A stretch of 50,550 bases of DNA, taken from NCBI GenBank assembly GCA_024276825.1, contig JAJRWI010000081.1, positions 1 through 50,550 on the forward strand, written 5' to 3'. Shown in pieces: positions 1 through 10,284 of the stretch. This DNA is from an archaeon (GTDB lineage Archaea; Asgardarchaeota; Thorarchaeia; Thorarchaeales; Thorarchaeaceae). Under the pieces are notes generated by a model, which was given only the letters and a program-made list of their open reading frames with translations, made no database searches and was not told the DNA's origin. Position 1 is the first letter of the stretch. Every line of letters starts with the position of its first letter. The position numbers were made by a program, and so were the translations under genes.

Positions 1-3000
1 ATTGCCCACATCATAATAGACGACACTGAAAGTGACATTTTCACCATAGGGAGTAGTCACTGGACTTTGGCCAATATAGATGTCAGTCGGGGCCGCAGTG
101 ACTGATACACTGGTTGAGATTGTCTTGTTGTAATACTTAACTGTAGCACCTGTCCAATTTGCATAGAGTGTCAAGTCTTTGGAACCAATGTCACCCCATT
201 GATCAGCACGAATGATGATGATGTATTCACCAGGGGTGGAGCCATTCTGCGTATGATATTTCAATCCTGGCAGAGTTGGACTGGTGACCTTCATAAGAAC
301 ATTGTATCCAACAGTCGAGCCATTCTCAATTCCTGAATCTGTATCTATGTCATAATACATCACGTAAATTGTAATGTTTGCGGTATAGGGAGTTGGGTCT
401 ACTGGATTAATAAGATAAAAGGAGGTCAAATGCGTGCGAAGTTCTACAGTCACTGTGAATGTATGATTCTGTGCGCCATATCTTTCAACATTGAATATCA
501 CATTGTATGTCTTTAGCACATCAAGGTCCTTGGAATAGATTGTGATCTCATAGACACCTGGGGTTGGTGTTTCCACAACTGTATAGTTCTCATCGCCTGA
601 TGAGTGAATGGCAGACCAGTTGCATGAGATGGAGCTAGCCGCCCCTGTGATTGGAATGTCATGATCAGTGTCAGTATAGGTGATTGTAAACGATGTTGAA
701 TATCCAACTGGGAGTGAAAGATGACTTGTTGATGGAATTGCTGAGGTATGGAGTTCGCGAACTTGAATACTCAAGATTATTGTCCTTGACTCAAAATAGT
801 CTTTGGATGCAGTGATCTCCACATTATAGGTCCCTATCTGAACGTTATTAGTTTCACAGCTGAGCGTGTAATATCCGGGACTACCAACGACTGGTGTGAC
901 AGTATATACATCCAGAGTCCAATTACTTGTGATAAGGGCATCAGTAATTGGCTGTCCAGCTTGATCTTCATAATATAATGAGAATTCTGCCACATCGCCC
1001 AATGGGACATCAACGCCTGGAGCGTCTGAGGAGAATAGATCCGTAGTGTATATCACATTTATTGTGAATGTTCTTTGAATAGAGTCGTAATACTGTTTGG
1101 TCCATTCAAGTGAAACATCAAATCGACCGTTGGAGGGGAGATCTGCTGTGTCAAGGGTCACACTATACTCGCCTGTTCCCATGTCACCCACAACACCGGA
1201 CCCTGCAGCCCACGAATAAGTCATAGTACCTTCAGGAAGTAAATCGCCATTGTCGCTATCATTGACCCGTAGTTGTAAAAGCACTAGGTCACCATAAGTG
1301 ACATTTACAGTCCAAGAAGTTTCTGATCCCACTGGATATCTGACAAACATATCTGTTGCATGATGCACCATGAAGGTTCGTCTAAAGAAGCCCACATTAT
1401 GCGTTGTTGGACTCGATATTGAATCAATGACGAATGCCTGCACTTCCCAAGTCCCAACTGAGGCATTGTAGGCGTCCAAATTGACTAAATTGGTTTCAGC
1501 ATATCCAGATGAGTCCACTGTTGCTTGAAGAGAAACCCACTGAGTACCGTCAGGGGAGTAGACAGTGAAGAAAACAAGATCATTTTGAAAAGTAGGGGAG
1601 AGGGTGGCTCTGAAACGTGTGTCTTCATTTGCTCTGAATGTGTTTGTCATAACCCAACCCGAGCCATCCCAAACCTCAAGGTTCGTTATGATATTGGGGG
1701 ATGTGCCCTTAACTAGCCAGAATCCGTTTTGCGATGTGGTCGTAATTTCATATGCTGATACATTGACCAATTCATCTCCGGGATCACCATAATACCACCC
1801 GGATGTTAGATTAACCGTTCTCGCAATTGGCTGGCCCACATGATAGATATCACGATTAGTGGGCAATGAGATGTTATAGAAGTAATAATCAGAATATCCG
1901 CCTGGGACTGCAGCGTAAAAGTTGGTCACCCATTGAATGTCGGTGTAATTTGATGCAATATAATTATCACCTGTTGCATATGTTTCGGTGTCGCTAACTG
2001 TTAGCACATTGTATCGTCTCGCATATACAGAGACTGCGACATCAATATTGATGCTAATATCTAGGTCCGGTGATGGAGGATTTGGAGAGGGAGTCCAAGA
2101 GAAGTTGGCATAGGCCAGACCTTGCGTCCATGGTGTTGTAGGGTTGTATGTTGCGATTCCGAGTCCAAATGTCTGCGAACCAGAGATGTAGTCTTGAACA
2201 ACTTCACCATTCATTCGCAAATTGATCTGGGAAGGTTTGGCCTTGGCCTTGATGTATACAGTTATGTTGTCAAAACGGCCTTCTGGCAGAATGTCGGGAG
2301 TACGATACCATTCCAGATTTGTGACTCGAAGCCCTGCGAGTATGTTTATGTTTGGAAAACTAAGAGAGGTCGGATCTACTTCTATGAGACCTGTTGAGAA
2401 CCATGTGTTATCATCAGCGATACCATCAAACATGATACTCCATAGCTTGTTTCCACCACTGTCAGGATCACCGTTTGAAACAAAGAGTTCAAAGAAGCCC
2501 GTCATATAGGTGCCCCAATCTCGACAGTCTGCATAATAATCCAAGGAGATACCTGCCCAAGTGACATCGCCACGATCCACATTAATGGTCTGGTTAACAA
2601 AAGCCTTATCGCCAGGGTTATACCAAAAGCCATACAGTCCTGTTGAAGGGTCGTAGTGATAATACCCACCAATCTGAAGCTTTGCTACACCCGTGTCCCA
2701 ACTGGCCGACTGTCGAGTTGTTCCATGGCGCTCAGTTGTATATACATGGCCAGAGCCATTCACTGCAATTCCGTAAACTAGCCTGAAGTTTCCATTTCCA
2801 GTACCATCACTACCCCATTTTCCTGTGTAAGATCCGGTGGACGTGAAGTATTGCACACGGTCATTGCCCATGTCAGCAACGTAAATTGTACCAGATGAAC
2901 TTACAGCAACACCAATGGGATTTCGGAAATATCCATTTGAAGCAGAACCATAGGTTGAATTTTGTGATCCAACCAGACTCGGATAGGCTCCAGTTGAGTC

Positions 3001-4062
3001 AAATCGCTGAACTCGGCAGGTTGAAGTGTCTGCGACAATTACTTCACCATTGTTCTGATTGATTGCGATTCCCGTTGGAGCACGGAACTGACCAGTAGCT
3101 GTTCCTTCAGTGCCCCATTGACCCTGATATACGCCATTTTGGTCGAAGTATTGCACGCGGTCATTTGCCATATCGGTGACGTAAACATAACCGTTGGAGT
3201 TTCTAATTGCCACTCCAACAGGACCATGGAATTGACCATTGCCAGATCCAGCAGAACCCCATGAACCGACGAAGTTTCCGTTCGAGTCAAAAATCTGAAT
3301 TCGGTCATTTCCGTAATCTGCCACATATACATAGTTGGAACTGTTTATTGCAATACCCATTGGCTGGTTGAACTGCCCATTACTAGAGCCCAATGTTCCC
3401 CAGGTCCTTAGAAAATTGCCATTCATATCAAAGACGACGATTCTATGGTTACCAGTATCAGCAACATATACATTTCCAGAAGAGTCAGTTGCAATGCCCC
3501 ACGGATTGCGGAATTGAGTGTTCCCAGTCCCATACGAACCCCAAGTTCCCTCAAAAGTTCCTGCAGATGAAAAGTATTGAACGCGGGTGTTCTCTAAGAA
3601 TGCCCCTTCGACATAAGACGATGAGAATGACCAGCTGCTCTCGTCAGCGAAGTCATAGTTGTTAAGCCAAGTTCTATTCTCTGTTATGCTTGTGACATTA
3701 GTAAAGACCTTGTATCCCTCCCAACCATCGCCCAATGGAACGCTAAGATTTGCGGTGGTTATTGTTTGCGTCGCAGATTGATACCACATCTCTTCATTTG
3801 TAAAAGGGTCAGTTCTAATACCATATTCTGCGCCTATTAGAGGATCTGCAGTGCCCGAGATTTCCGTTGGAGCATTAGCAATGCTATATGTATAAAGGAC
3901 CTCGTCTGGAGCAAGTTCTATAGTCTGACCGTTTCCAATATCTACAATTCTGGTTCCATCACCATTATTGTTCATGATGCCTGATTGTAAACCAAAAAGG
4001 AGCATACTGAACAACATTGGAAACAGCACTATTACTAACTTATGGGCATTTTTCTTATTCAC
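1..4062 (-). CDS. Giant secreted/cell-surface protein (3'-truncated by window edge) with signal peptide, inserted 6-bladed NHL beta-propeller and Thr/Ser-rich Ig-like repeats
   Basis: Absent from the ORF track, apparently because no stop is reached before the edge. GTG at 4062 with GGAGG SD at 4071-4075. N-terminus MNKKNAHKLVIVLFPMLFSMLLFGLQ. The same frame reads VTTPYGENVTFSVVYYDVGN at the window edge. Six NHL repeats lie at 2722-3594. Confidence 0.9.
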   Translation of the reverse strand, partial: MNKKNAHKLVIVLFPMLFSMLLFGLQSGIMNNNGDGTRIVDIGNGQTIELAPDEVLYTYSIANAPTEISGTADPLIGAEYGIRTDPFTNEEMWYQSATQTITTANLSVPLGDGWEGYKVFTNVTSITENRTWLNNYDFADESSWSFSSSYVEGAFLENTRVQYFSSAGTFEGTWGSYGTGNTQFRNPWGIATDSSGNVYVADTGNHRIVVFDMNGNFLRTWGTLGSSNGQFNQPMGIAINSSNYVYVADYGNDRIQIFDSNGNFVGSWGSAGSGNGQFHGPVGVAIRNSNGYVYVTDMANDRVQYFDQNGVYQGQWGTEGTATGQFRAPTGIAINQNNGEVIVADTSTCRVQRFDSTGAYPSLVGSQNSTYGSASNGYFRNPIGVAVSSSGTIYVADMGNDRVQYFTSTGSYTGKWGSDGTGNGNFRLVYGIAVNGSGHVYTTERHGTTRQSASWDTGVAKLQIGGYYHYDPSTGLYGFWYNPGDKAFVNQTINVDRGDVTWAGISLDYYADCRDWGTYMTGFFELFVSNGDPDSGGNKLWSIMFDGIADDNTWFSTGLIEVDPTSLSFPNINILAGLRVTNLEWYRTPDILPEGRFDNITVYIKAKAKPSQINLRMNGEVVQDYISGSQTFGLGIATYNPTTPWTQGLAYANFSWTPSPNPPSPDLDISINIDVAVSVYARRYNVLTVSDTETYATGDNYIASNYTDIQWVTNFYAAVPGGYSDYYFYNISLPTNRDIYHVGQPIARTVNLTSGWYYGDPGDELVNVSAYEITTTSQNGFWLVKGTSPNIITNLEVWDGSGWVMTNTFRANEDTRFRATLSPTFQNDLVFFTVYSPDGTQWVSLQATVDSSGYAETNLVNLDAYNASVGTWEVQAFVIDSISSPTTHNVGFFRRTFMVHHATDMFVRYPVGSETSWTVNVTYGDLVLLQLRVNDSDNGDLLPEGTMTYSWAAGSGVVGDMGTGEYSVTLDTADLPSNGRFDVSLEWTKQYYDSIQRTFTINVIYTTDLFSSDAPGVDVPLGDVAEFSLYYEDQAGQPITDALITSNWTLDVYTVTPVVGSPGYYTLSCETNNVQIGTYNVEITASKDYFESRTIILSIQVRELHTSAIPSTSHLSLPVGYSTSFTITYTDTDHDIPITGAASSISCNWSAIHSSGDENYTVVETPTPGVYEITIYSKDLDVLKTYNVIFNVERYGAQNHTFTVTVELRTHLTSFYLINPVDPTPYTANITIYVMYYDIDTDSGIENGSTVGYNVLMKVTSPTLPGLKYHTQNGSTPGEYIIIIRADQWGDIGSKDLTLYANWTGATVKYYNKTISTSVSVTAAPTDIYIGQSPVTTPYGENVTFSVVYYDVGN
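2722..3594 (-). repeat. Six NHL repeats (beta-propeller) within the giant surface protein
   Basis: Manual translation gives FRNPWGIA, FNQPMGIA, FHGPVGVA, FRAPTGIA, FRNPIGVA and FRLVYGIA, mostly followed by VYVADxGNxRIQxF-type segments. Confidence 0.9.
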
Positions 4063-4328
4063 CGCAATGTCCTCCACGGATGGACCGTGTTCTTGATATA
4101 CTGCGCTCCATGTTTTTGTGAACTTGCGAATAAACGAGTATAAAAGATTCCTTGTCCATTTATTCATTCCGTAAAAAGAATGATACTACGATTTTTAGGG
4201 AGAGGATTCATTATAGCACATATGATTGATTTATTGAGATTTATCTATAATATAATAGAGAGTGAATTTAATATAGAATTATAGCATTATAGCTATTATA
4301 TTATAGATCATGTTGAGGTCGAGTAAGA

Positions 4329-6488
4329 CTATGATTGCCTCCGGATAACCACCGCAATAGCGATTAAGATAACCCCACAGACCAGTCCAATAATAATGAC
4401 CTCCACCGGGATTGGATACGGAACAGGTTTATTCTTGACATACTCTAGAGGAGAGGTTTTTGCATGGTTCATTCCCATGTCCCAAGCCTCAATCCATATC
4501 TTAAGAGAATTATCAAGTTCTGGCATTGGAATAGTGGCGGTCCAGTTGCTGTAATCAAACTCACATGGATAAACCAGTTCTGTTTCATCGTCAATTAGGA
4601 TATGGACTGTTACATTGTCAATAGCAGAAAGGCCACTTGAAACAGTCGCCCACACAGTGAATTCATCGCCAGAGAGATTTTCAGGAATCACACCCCATTT
4701 ATCAATCTCTGGAGGTTCAATGTCGACCATAGAATATTGAAAGCGTTCGAGCCAGACCTTAGCGAGTTCGAACTCTTCGTAGCAGCTCTTCCAGTCCATG
4801 ATATTGTAGCATTCAATTGCGTGATTGATATGAGAGAGGGCCATAGACTGAGCATATAGGGTTTCCTCACGGGGTTCATAAGGCACTTGAGCCGCTATTG
4901 TGAGATATGAACCAATGACTTCTTGTTGCATTTGATCGAGATATGTGGACTGCACAAAGTTCTGATCGAATGTGGCGGTGCCATTATGAAAAGCAAAGTA
5001 CCCCATAGGACCATAACTGAAGTCGCCAGCATAATGGCCATAGCTCCATGTATGCATAAGGCCTATTGCATGCATGGTTTCATGAAGCTGAACAGCGGAG
5101 ATTCCGTCCTTTGGGGTGACTCCATCGGGCCTGTAGTATCGTTCCCAGCTCTTCCAAATCACAGTCTGACCATTACCGCCAAGACCTGTGTAAGTGCGGT
5201 TATAGACATGCATCTCCATGTTCTTCTTTATGAACACCACTCCGAAAACATTAATGTTCTCGCTGAAAATGTCCACATATTTCCAACGCATCTCGTTTGC
5301 TATTGCATAAAACATTGAAGACCCATCAACTATAGTGGTGCCATTTGAATCAACATATGCATAATTCCAGAACAGCTCGTTCCAATCTGACTCCTGTTCG
5401 ATGTCCAAAAAGTCAATCTTAACAGTCCAGTCAATGAAGGGCAGGAGTTCCTCAAGATGTGCCTTCTGCATTTCAGCATTCGTCACCCACCGTAAACTGT
5501 CTACTGAAATGCCCTGATTGACATCCATAGCAAACACAAGACCGCGCAAGAGGCCTTGTTGTACATACTTGGAGGGATAGTTCTGTGAGGGGGCTAAAAG
5601 ATATGAAATTGGTTCATTGATGTAATTATGAAGATAGAAACTCAACTCTGTTATGCCAGCAGAGGTTGAGAGATCAACGGATGCCACTTTGTCCTCAAGA
5701 TCCATTGTGCAATGTTCGGGTTGATCATTGTATGGCGGGTCACCCCACCAGATTCTCGCCCAGCGTAAATACCACTGATCAGCAGAGGGATCAAGGACAT
5801 AGAAGTTTCCCCTTCTGCCACCAAAGCCGGGATATTCAAAGGTAATATTTGGGTTCAGTGCGTTGTCCCACTCAAGTCGGAACCAGTCTTGCTCATTTCC
5901 AGTATCTGGGTCAACAGGATGATAGTCATACCAATGCTCGAATGAATGGTCTGGGGAGTCGAACTCGCTGAAATTCAACAGATAGAAGTTGTATCCAAGA
6001 TTAGGAGGAGAGATTCCAGGATTGTCAACTAGCCAGTCTTCCACAGCATAGGCATCGATCTCTCTTCCCGCACGGGGATAGAAAATTCGCTGTGGTTCAT
6101 CAAGATGGGTTTCATGATATTCAAGCGCTGACTCATTGAGTTGAGTGCCTATATCATCACCAATAATCGAGTTTTCAAGCATTATGTTGCGAAGATTGTC
6201 GGCATAATCGGCGCCCATGAATTGTGTTTCATATTCATATCGATAGATGATATCGGGATCAGTTGCATGATGGATCTCAGTAGGAAGGCCATCTAAAATT
6301 GTATCGAGATCAATAATGGAGGAATCGTAGTTGACAAAGATGAGGTTAATTGTCCAGTTTCTTATTACATTCTTTGTGAGTGTCTGTGCAACTGGTTGAT
6401 ATGAAACTACTGGTGCACCAATGACATTAGGAGTCTGAAGATTCATTATCAGAATGATTGTGATTAAAACAAGACTGTGGGCACGCAT
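4329..6488 (-). CDS. Membrane-anchored extracellular zinc metallopeptidase (metzincin-like)
   Basis: Signal peptide. HETMHAIGLMH matches HExxHxxGxxH, followed by a Met-turn-like PMGY. Ig-like C-terminal domain, TM helix and RRQS tail. Confidence 0.8.
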   Translation of the reverse strand: MRAHSLVLITIILIMNLQTPNVIGAPVVSYQPVAQTLTKNVIRNWTINLIFVNYDSSIIDLDTILDGLPTEIHHATDPDIIYRYEYETQFMGADYADNLRNIMLENSIIGDDIGTQLNESALEYHETHLDEPQRIFYPRAGREIDAYAVEDWLVDNPGISPPNLGYNFYLLNFSEFDSPDHSFEHWYDYHPVDPDTGNEQDWFRLEWDNALNPNITFEYPGFGGRRGNFYVLDPSADQWYLRWARIWWGDPPYNDQPEHCTMDLEDKVASVDLSTSAGITELSFYLHNYINEPISYLLAPSQNYPSKYVQQGLLRGLVFAMDVNQGISVDSLRWVTNAEMQKAHLEELLPFIDWTVKIDFLDIEQESDWNELFWNYAYVDSNGTTIVDGSSMFYAIANEMRWKYVDIFSENINVFGVVFIKKNMEMHVYNRTYTGLGGNGQTVIWKSWERYYRPDGVTPKDGISAVQLHETMHAIGLMHTWSYGHYAGDFSYGPMGYFAFHNGTATFDQNFVQSTYLDQMQQEVIGSYLTIAAQVPYEPREETLYAQSMALSHINHAIECYNIMDWKSCYEEFELAKVWLERFQYSMVDIEPPEIDKWGVIPENLSGDEFTVWATVSSGLSAIDNVTVHILIDDETELVYPCEFDYSNWTATIPMPELDNSLKIWIEAWDMGMNHAKTSPLEYVKNKPVPYPIPVEVIIIGLVCGVILIAIAVVIRRQS

Positions 6489-6907
6489 ATGATAGACCTA
6501 GAGCAAGTGCATATTAATTAAAGGTTTCAAGTAATAGTTAGTATTAAATTATCAGAATTGACTATGAAATGAGACCACCGTATAATTTTTTCCAAAAATA
6601 GAATATATGAGATATTGGTAATAATCAATATTGCAATACTTCCAATTGTTTATATTTTATTACGAATGTCATTATAATATTATAGATGAATATCATATCA
6701 CAAGTATTATATATTTATAATCCAAAAATAAACTGGCGTCGGTGTAAATAGCCTTAACACCAATATTTGCACTTGTTGAGTCAAAAACTTCATTTTTCAG
6801 CCGGCGCTTGTATCTTTCTCAAGTTATCGCATTTTTATTATGAGTAGTAAAGTCATCAATTTTGAAAATTCCATATGCACACATCAATGCGTTGATTCTT
6901 GGCAATA

Positions 6908-8488
6908 TTAATTGATAAGGCCTAACTCTGAAACAAAATTCTTCACTGATGAGATGTAATCAGAAACCTCGTCCTTGCTTATTTTGAAATCTTCATCAGG
7001 CTTTGAGATTTTATCAGCAACATCGTATCCAGCAAGTGCCGTCCTAGTCTTCTTTGACCTTTCAAGAAGAAGCCGGGCATTCTCAGCAATGTAATGATTC
7101 TTTGTCTTTGCTTCAGCAATAACGCTGCTAATTCGTTCTTCGGCAGTATCAAAATTATTATTCAAGACATCAATCAGAGAAACTGCCAATTTAGCATGCC
7201 AGATCAAAACTACATTTTTCATGTCCAGTGCCTTTTGTTCAATGGTCAATAATGTGTCAAGTGCCTTATCAAGATCATTGCTTTTTAGAAACAATTGAGT
7301 TTCCAAGAGAAGCAGAAACATATGTTCTAGAACCATGTTGTTAATTCGAGAATCTTCCTTCAAATCACAGAGGATTTGAAATGCATCATCATAATGATAT
7401 TGTTTCATTTGAATTTCGGCTTTAATTAGATGATATCGGATATACCATCCATAGTTTTTCTCAAGATGAGACCCATACTCTTCTAGTTCAGAGATATATT
7501 CAAGAGCTCTATCAATTCTGTCCATTTTTGTCATTAGATAAGCTAAGCTCAGAAAGACTTCAACAGGCGGAATGCGTGCTCGTTCAAAATGGATCTTAGC
7601 GCGGTTCAGATGTTCTAATGCTTGATCAAAATCACCACGATTTTCAAGTAGTTCTGCAATATTCCTCAAGACATATGCAATGCCTTCATCATCATTTGCT
7701 TTTTCACTAACTTCAAGTGCCCGATAATAGTAAGACAGCGCTTCATCATTCAATCCCATTTCAAGGAAGATATTGGCAATATTGTTCAGTGCAATTGAAA
7801 CTCCAATCAAGTCATCTTCGAGGTATTGAAGACTTTGATTATAGCAGTCTATCGCATCATCGTTATTTCCCAGCGCGTGTTCAATGGCTCCAAGTGTGTT
7901 GTAGCAGAGAGAAAATGCAAAATCAGAACCATTAAGCGAACTTTCAATTGCTTCGAGGAGTAGCTTTTTCGCCTCTAGTGCCCTCCCAGTTCTAAGCCAA
8001 ACATAGCCCAGACTGTTTGCAATGAATAATCGTAAAGTGTCATCATTGGACACTCTTGAGAGTTCAAGTCCTTTCAAATAGTACTTGATTGCTTCGTCAT
8101 CATGACCCAGTTTTACAAGTGCGCGGCCTAACCAATAATTAGATTTGGCCTCAATACTGAAGTAACCAATATTATGAGAAATAGTAATAGACTGCTCCAA
8201 AAGTTCTTTTGCTTCTTGATTTTGATTTAGTCGAAAAAGAGCGATACCTACAATACACATAATTTCACATTTCAAATCGGCAGGAGGATTATGCGATAAG
8301 AGCTCTTGACCTAGAGTGATTGCATCCTCATATTGTCTATTGTCCAATTTCTCTTGTATTTCACTAATGCTCAATTCTTGTTCTTGTCTTTTTTTTTGAA
8401 CAAAAATAATCACCAACAATATCATTAAGAACACTGCAAGAATCAGATAAGAGGGCATCATTATCATAAAGAGATGACAATATATCAT
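6908..8488 (-). CDS. Membrane-anchored tetratricopeptide repeat protein
   Basis: N-terminal TM (YLILAVFLMILLVIIFVQKKR). Multiple TPRs (YNTLGAIEHALGNNDDAIDCYNQSL; LNNIANIFLEMGLNDEALSYYYRAL). The true start may be a later ATG (~8458-8470). Confidence 0.85.
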   Translation of the reverse strand: MIYCHLFMIMMPSYLILAVFLMILLVIIFVQKKRQEQELSISEIQEKLDNRQYEDAITLGQELLSHNPPADLKCEIMCIVGIALFRLNQNQEAKELLEQSITISHNIGYFSIEAKSNYWLGRALVKLGHDDEAIKYYLKGLELSRVSNDDTLRLFIANSLGYVWLRTGRALEAKKLLLEAIESSLNGSDFAFSLCYNTLGAIEHALGNNDDAIDCYNQSLQYLEDDLIGVSIALNNIANIFLEMGLNDEALSYYYRALEVSEKANDDEGIAYVLRNIAELLENRGDFDQALEHLNRAKIHFERARIPPVEVFLSLAYLMTKMDRIDRALEYISELEEYGSHLEKNYGWYIRYHLIKAEIQMKQYHYDDAFQILCDLKEDSRINNMVLEHMFLLLLETQLFLKSNDLDKALDTLLTIEQKALDMKNVVLIWHAKLAVSLIDVLNNNFDTAEERISSVIAEAKTKNHYIAENARLLLERSKKTRTALAGYDVADKISKPDEDFKISKDEVSDYISSVKNFVSELGLIN

Positions 8489-8527
8489 AAAAAACTTTAA
8501 TCTAACATATATGACAGAAATTTAATC

Positions 8528-8533
8528 GAGGTG
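8528..8533 (+). promoter_or_regulatory. Shine-Dalgarno GAGGTG for CTG-initiated MinD-like gene
   Basis: GAGGTG lies 7 nt before CTG 8541. An in-frame TAA at 8523-8525 excludes an earlier start. Confidence 0.65.
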
Positions 8534-8540
8534 CGTTTTT

Positions 8541-9305
8541 CTGAAGAGCTTTGGAATCCACTCATACAAGGGTGGAACTGGAAAAACTACTATTTCTGCA
8601 AATCTGGCTGCAATTCTTGCAAAACAGGGCTACGATGTTGTCTTATTGGAAATGGACTTTCAAGCGCCTAGCCTGCATACATTATTTGGAATTAGTCCTA
8701 GAGACAAATATGTAAACGATTTTCTTTGCGAGGAGGCAACATGGGAAGAAGTGTTTGTCGAACTTGGCGATGAAAAGAAGATGGAGGGTCTCTTAGTAAT
8801 TGGGTTTGCAAATCCTGATATTGGTGAGATAAAGAAGATTCTTGCAAAGGACCGCAAGTGGCACATGCAAGCAATATCGCAACTTCTTGTTCTGAAGAAA
8901 AAGCTACAAGATGAAGGTTTTGACTTTCTAATAATGGACTCAGCCCCAGGTGTGCATTATAGTAGTATCAACACTGTAGTTGCTTCGGATACAACCATTT
9001 TAGTGGCCAAAATGGACAACTTTGACTTTGATGGGACCATTGCTTTGCTCGATGACTTGCTTGCACCATTAAACAAGCCAACATTCATTCTCTTTAACAA
9101 GGTTGTTGAAATGCTCTTGACTGATCAACAAAGAGCTGTTGATATTGCCAAGAGTATATTTCAGGACAAGAGTGAGATAATTGGTTTTGTGCCATGCTAT
9201 TGTAGTGTGCCTCTTGGTATGGGAAGTGAGATCTTAGCTCTCACAAAACCCGACATGCCATTTGTGAGAGAACTGAACGAAATTTCAAAGATACTAGCAC
9301 GATAG
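8541..9305 (+). CDS. MinD/ParA-family (SIMIBI) ATPase, CTG start
   Basis: The track ORF (8646) lacks the P-loop. Extending in frame to CTG 8541 gives (M)KSFGIHSYKGGTGKTTISANLA, a deviant Walker A. EMD, Walker B IMDSAPG and NKV motifs are present. Confidence 0.9.
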   Translation: MKSFGIHSYKGGTGKTTISANLAAILAKQGYDVVLLEMDFQAPSLHTLFGISPRDKYVNDFLCEEATWEEVFVELGDEKKMEGLLVIGFANPDIGEIKKILAKDRKWHMQAISQLLVLKKKLQDEGFDFLIMDSAPGVHYSSINTVVASDTTILVAKMDNFDFDGTIALLDDLLAPLNKPTFILFNKVVEMLLTDQQRAVDIAKSIFQDKSEIIGFVPCYCSVPLGMGSEILALTKPDMPFVRELNEISKILAR

Positions 9306-9388
9306 GAGTTTTATGGATAAATATCGGAGATTATTGGAATATATGATTCTATGAGATATGCCTTCAAGTATATGGATGTGGGAAACGA

Positions 9389-9997
9389 ATGATAAGAGCC
9401 GTTTACATCATTGATGAGGGAGGCATCTGCATTTATTGCAGATTGTATGATGAGAGATTTGGAGACCCGCAACTGATTAGCGGTCTGATCACTGCCTTGT
9501 GTCAATTTAGTAAGGAAGCTATTGGTGGAAACCTTCAATTCATGAGATCGGGTGAGCAGTATGTGATAATCAAGGAGTTTGATATCATCAATACAATGAT
9601 TATAGCTGATGAGTTTGATGAGGTTGATTCAGAACTAATGGAATCCATCTCATTTCAATTAATTAGAAAGTATGCAGCAGAACTCAAGAATGGTAATGAT
9701 ATTCTCAATCTTAATGAGTTTGATTCAGTCATGGATCAATTAATTCCAATCGAAAAAACTGCACTGCATTCGATTCAACCCACAGAACCATTAGATGCTC
9801 TGTCAGTTATTGATCTTCCCGAAGAGTTGAAAGATGTAGCATTACTCATTATCCGAGAACGCTCGTTAACACCCGATGAGGCGGCCTTGCACTTCGAGAA
9901 CAATGTCAGGCAAATAAAAGAAAAACTCGACAGGCTTGTCTATTTGGGATTTGTTGGCGTACGCTTCGATTCTAGTGAGCCCACATATTTTGTTTAG
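9389..9997 (+). CDS. Longin-like domain protein with C-terminal winged helix-turn-helix
   Basis: MIRAVYIIDEGGICIY...DPQLISGLITALCQFSKE is the typical Asgard longin pattern. The C-terminus LTPDEAA...IKEKLDRLVYLGFV is wHTH-like. Confidence 0.75.
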   Translation: MIRAVYIIDEGGICIYCRLYDERFGDPQLISGLITALCQFSKEAIGGNLQFMRSGEQYVIIKEFDIINTMIIADEFDEVDSELMESISFQLIRKYAAELKNGNDILNLNEFDSVMDQLIPIEKTALHSIQPTEPLDALSVIDLPEELKDVALLIIRERSLTPDEAALHFENNVRQIKEKLDRLVYLGFVGVRFDSSEPTYFV

Positions 9998-10284
9998 ATT
10001 ATTTCTATCTTTATTGATTGATTCCAAATAACCTCAAAATGTGATGATTTTAATTCTATTGACTCTCATTAATGTATCGAAAAAACCATCTAATCAGCCT
10101 ATCTTTATCGCTGAAAATTCGATTGGCTAATGCAATAAATCGAAAACAAAATAATTATAATTATAAAAATCTCTAAGAGTTTTAGCCGCGTGAAGATTGT
10201 GGGATATCAGCATGCCAGATAATCCGTGTCTTCGAGTTCTGTGCATTCTGATTTTATTCACAATTCTTGTGGGAGATACTTGAG

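Noticed and set aside
513-3665. Short ORF-track entries in 513-3665
   Set aside because: Shadow ORFs overlapping the long minus-strand surface-protein frame.
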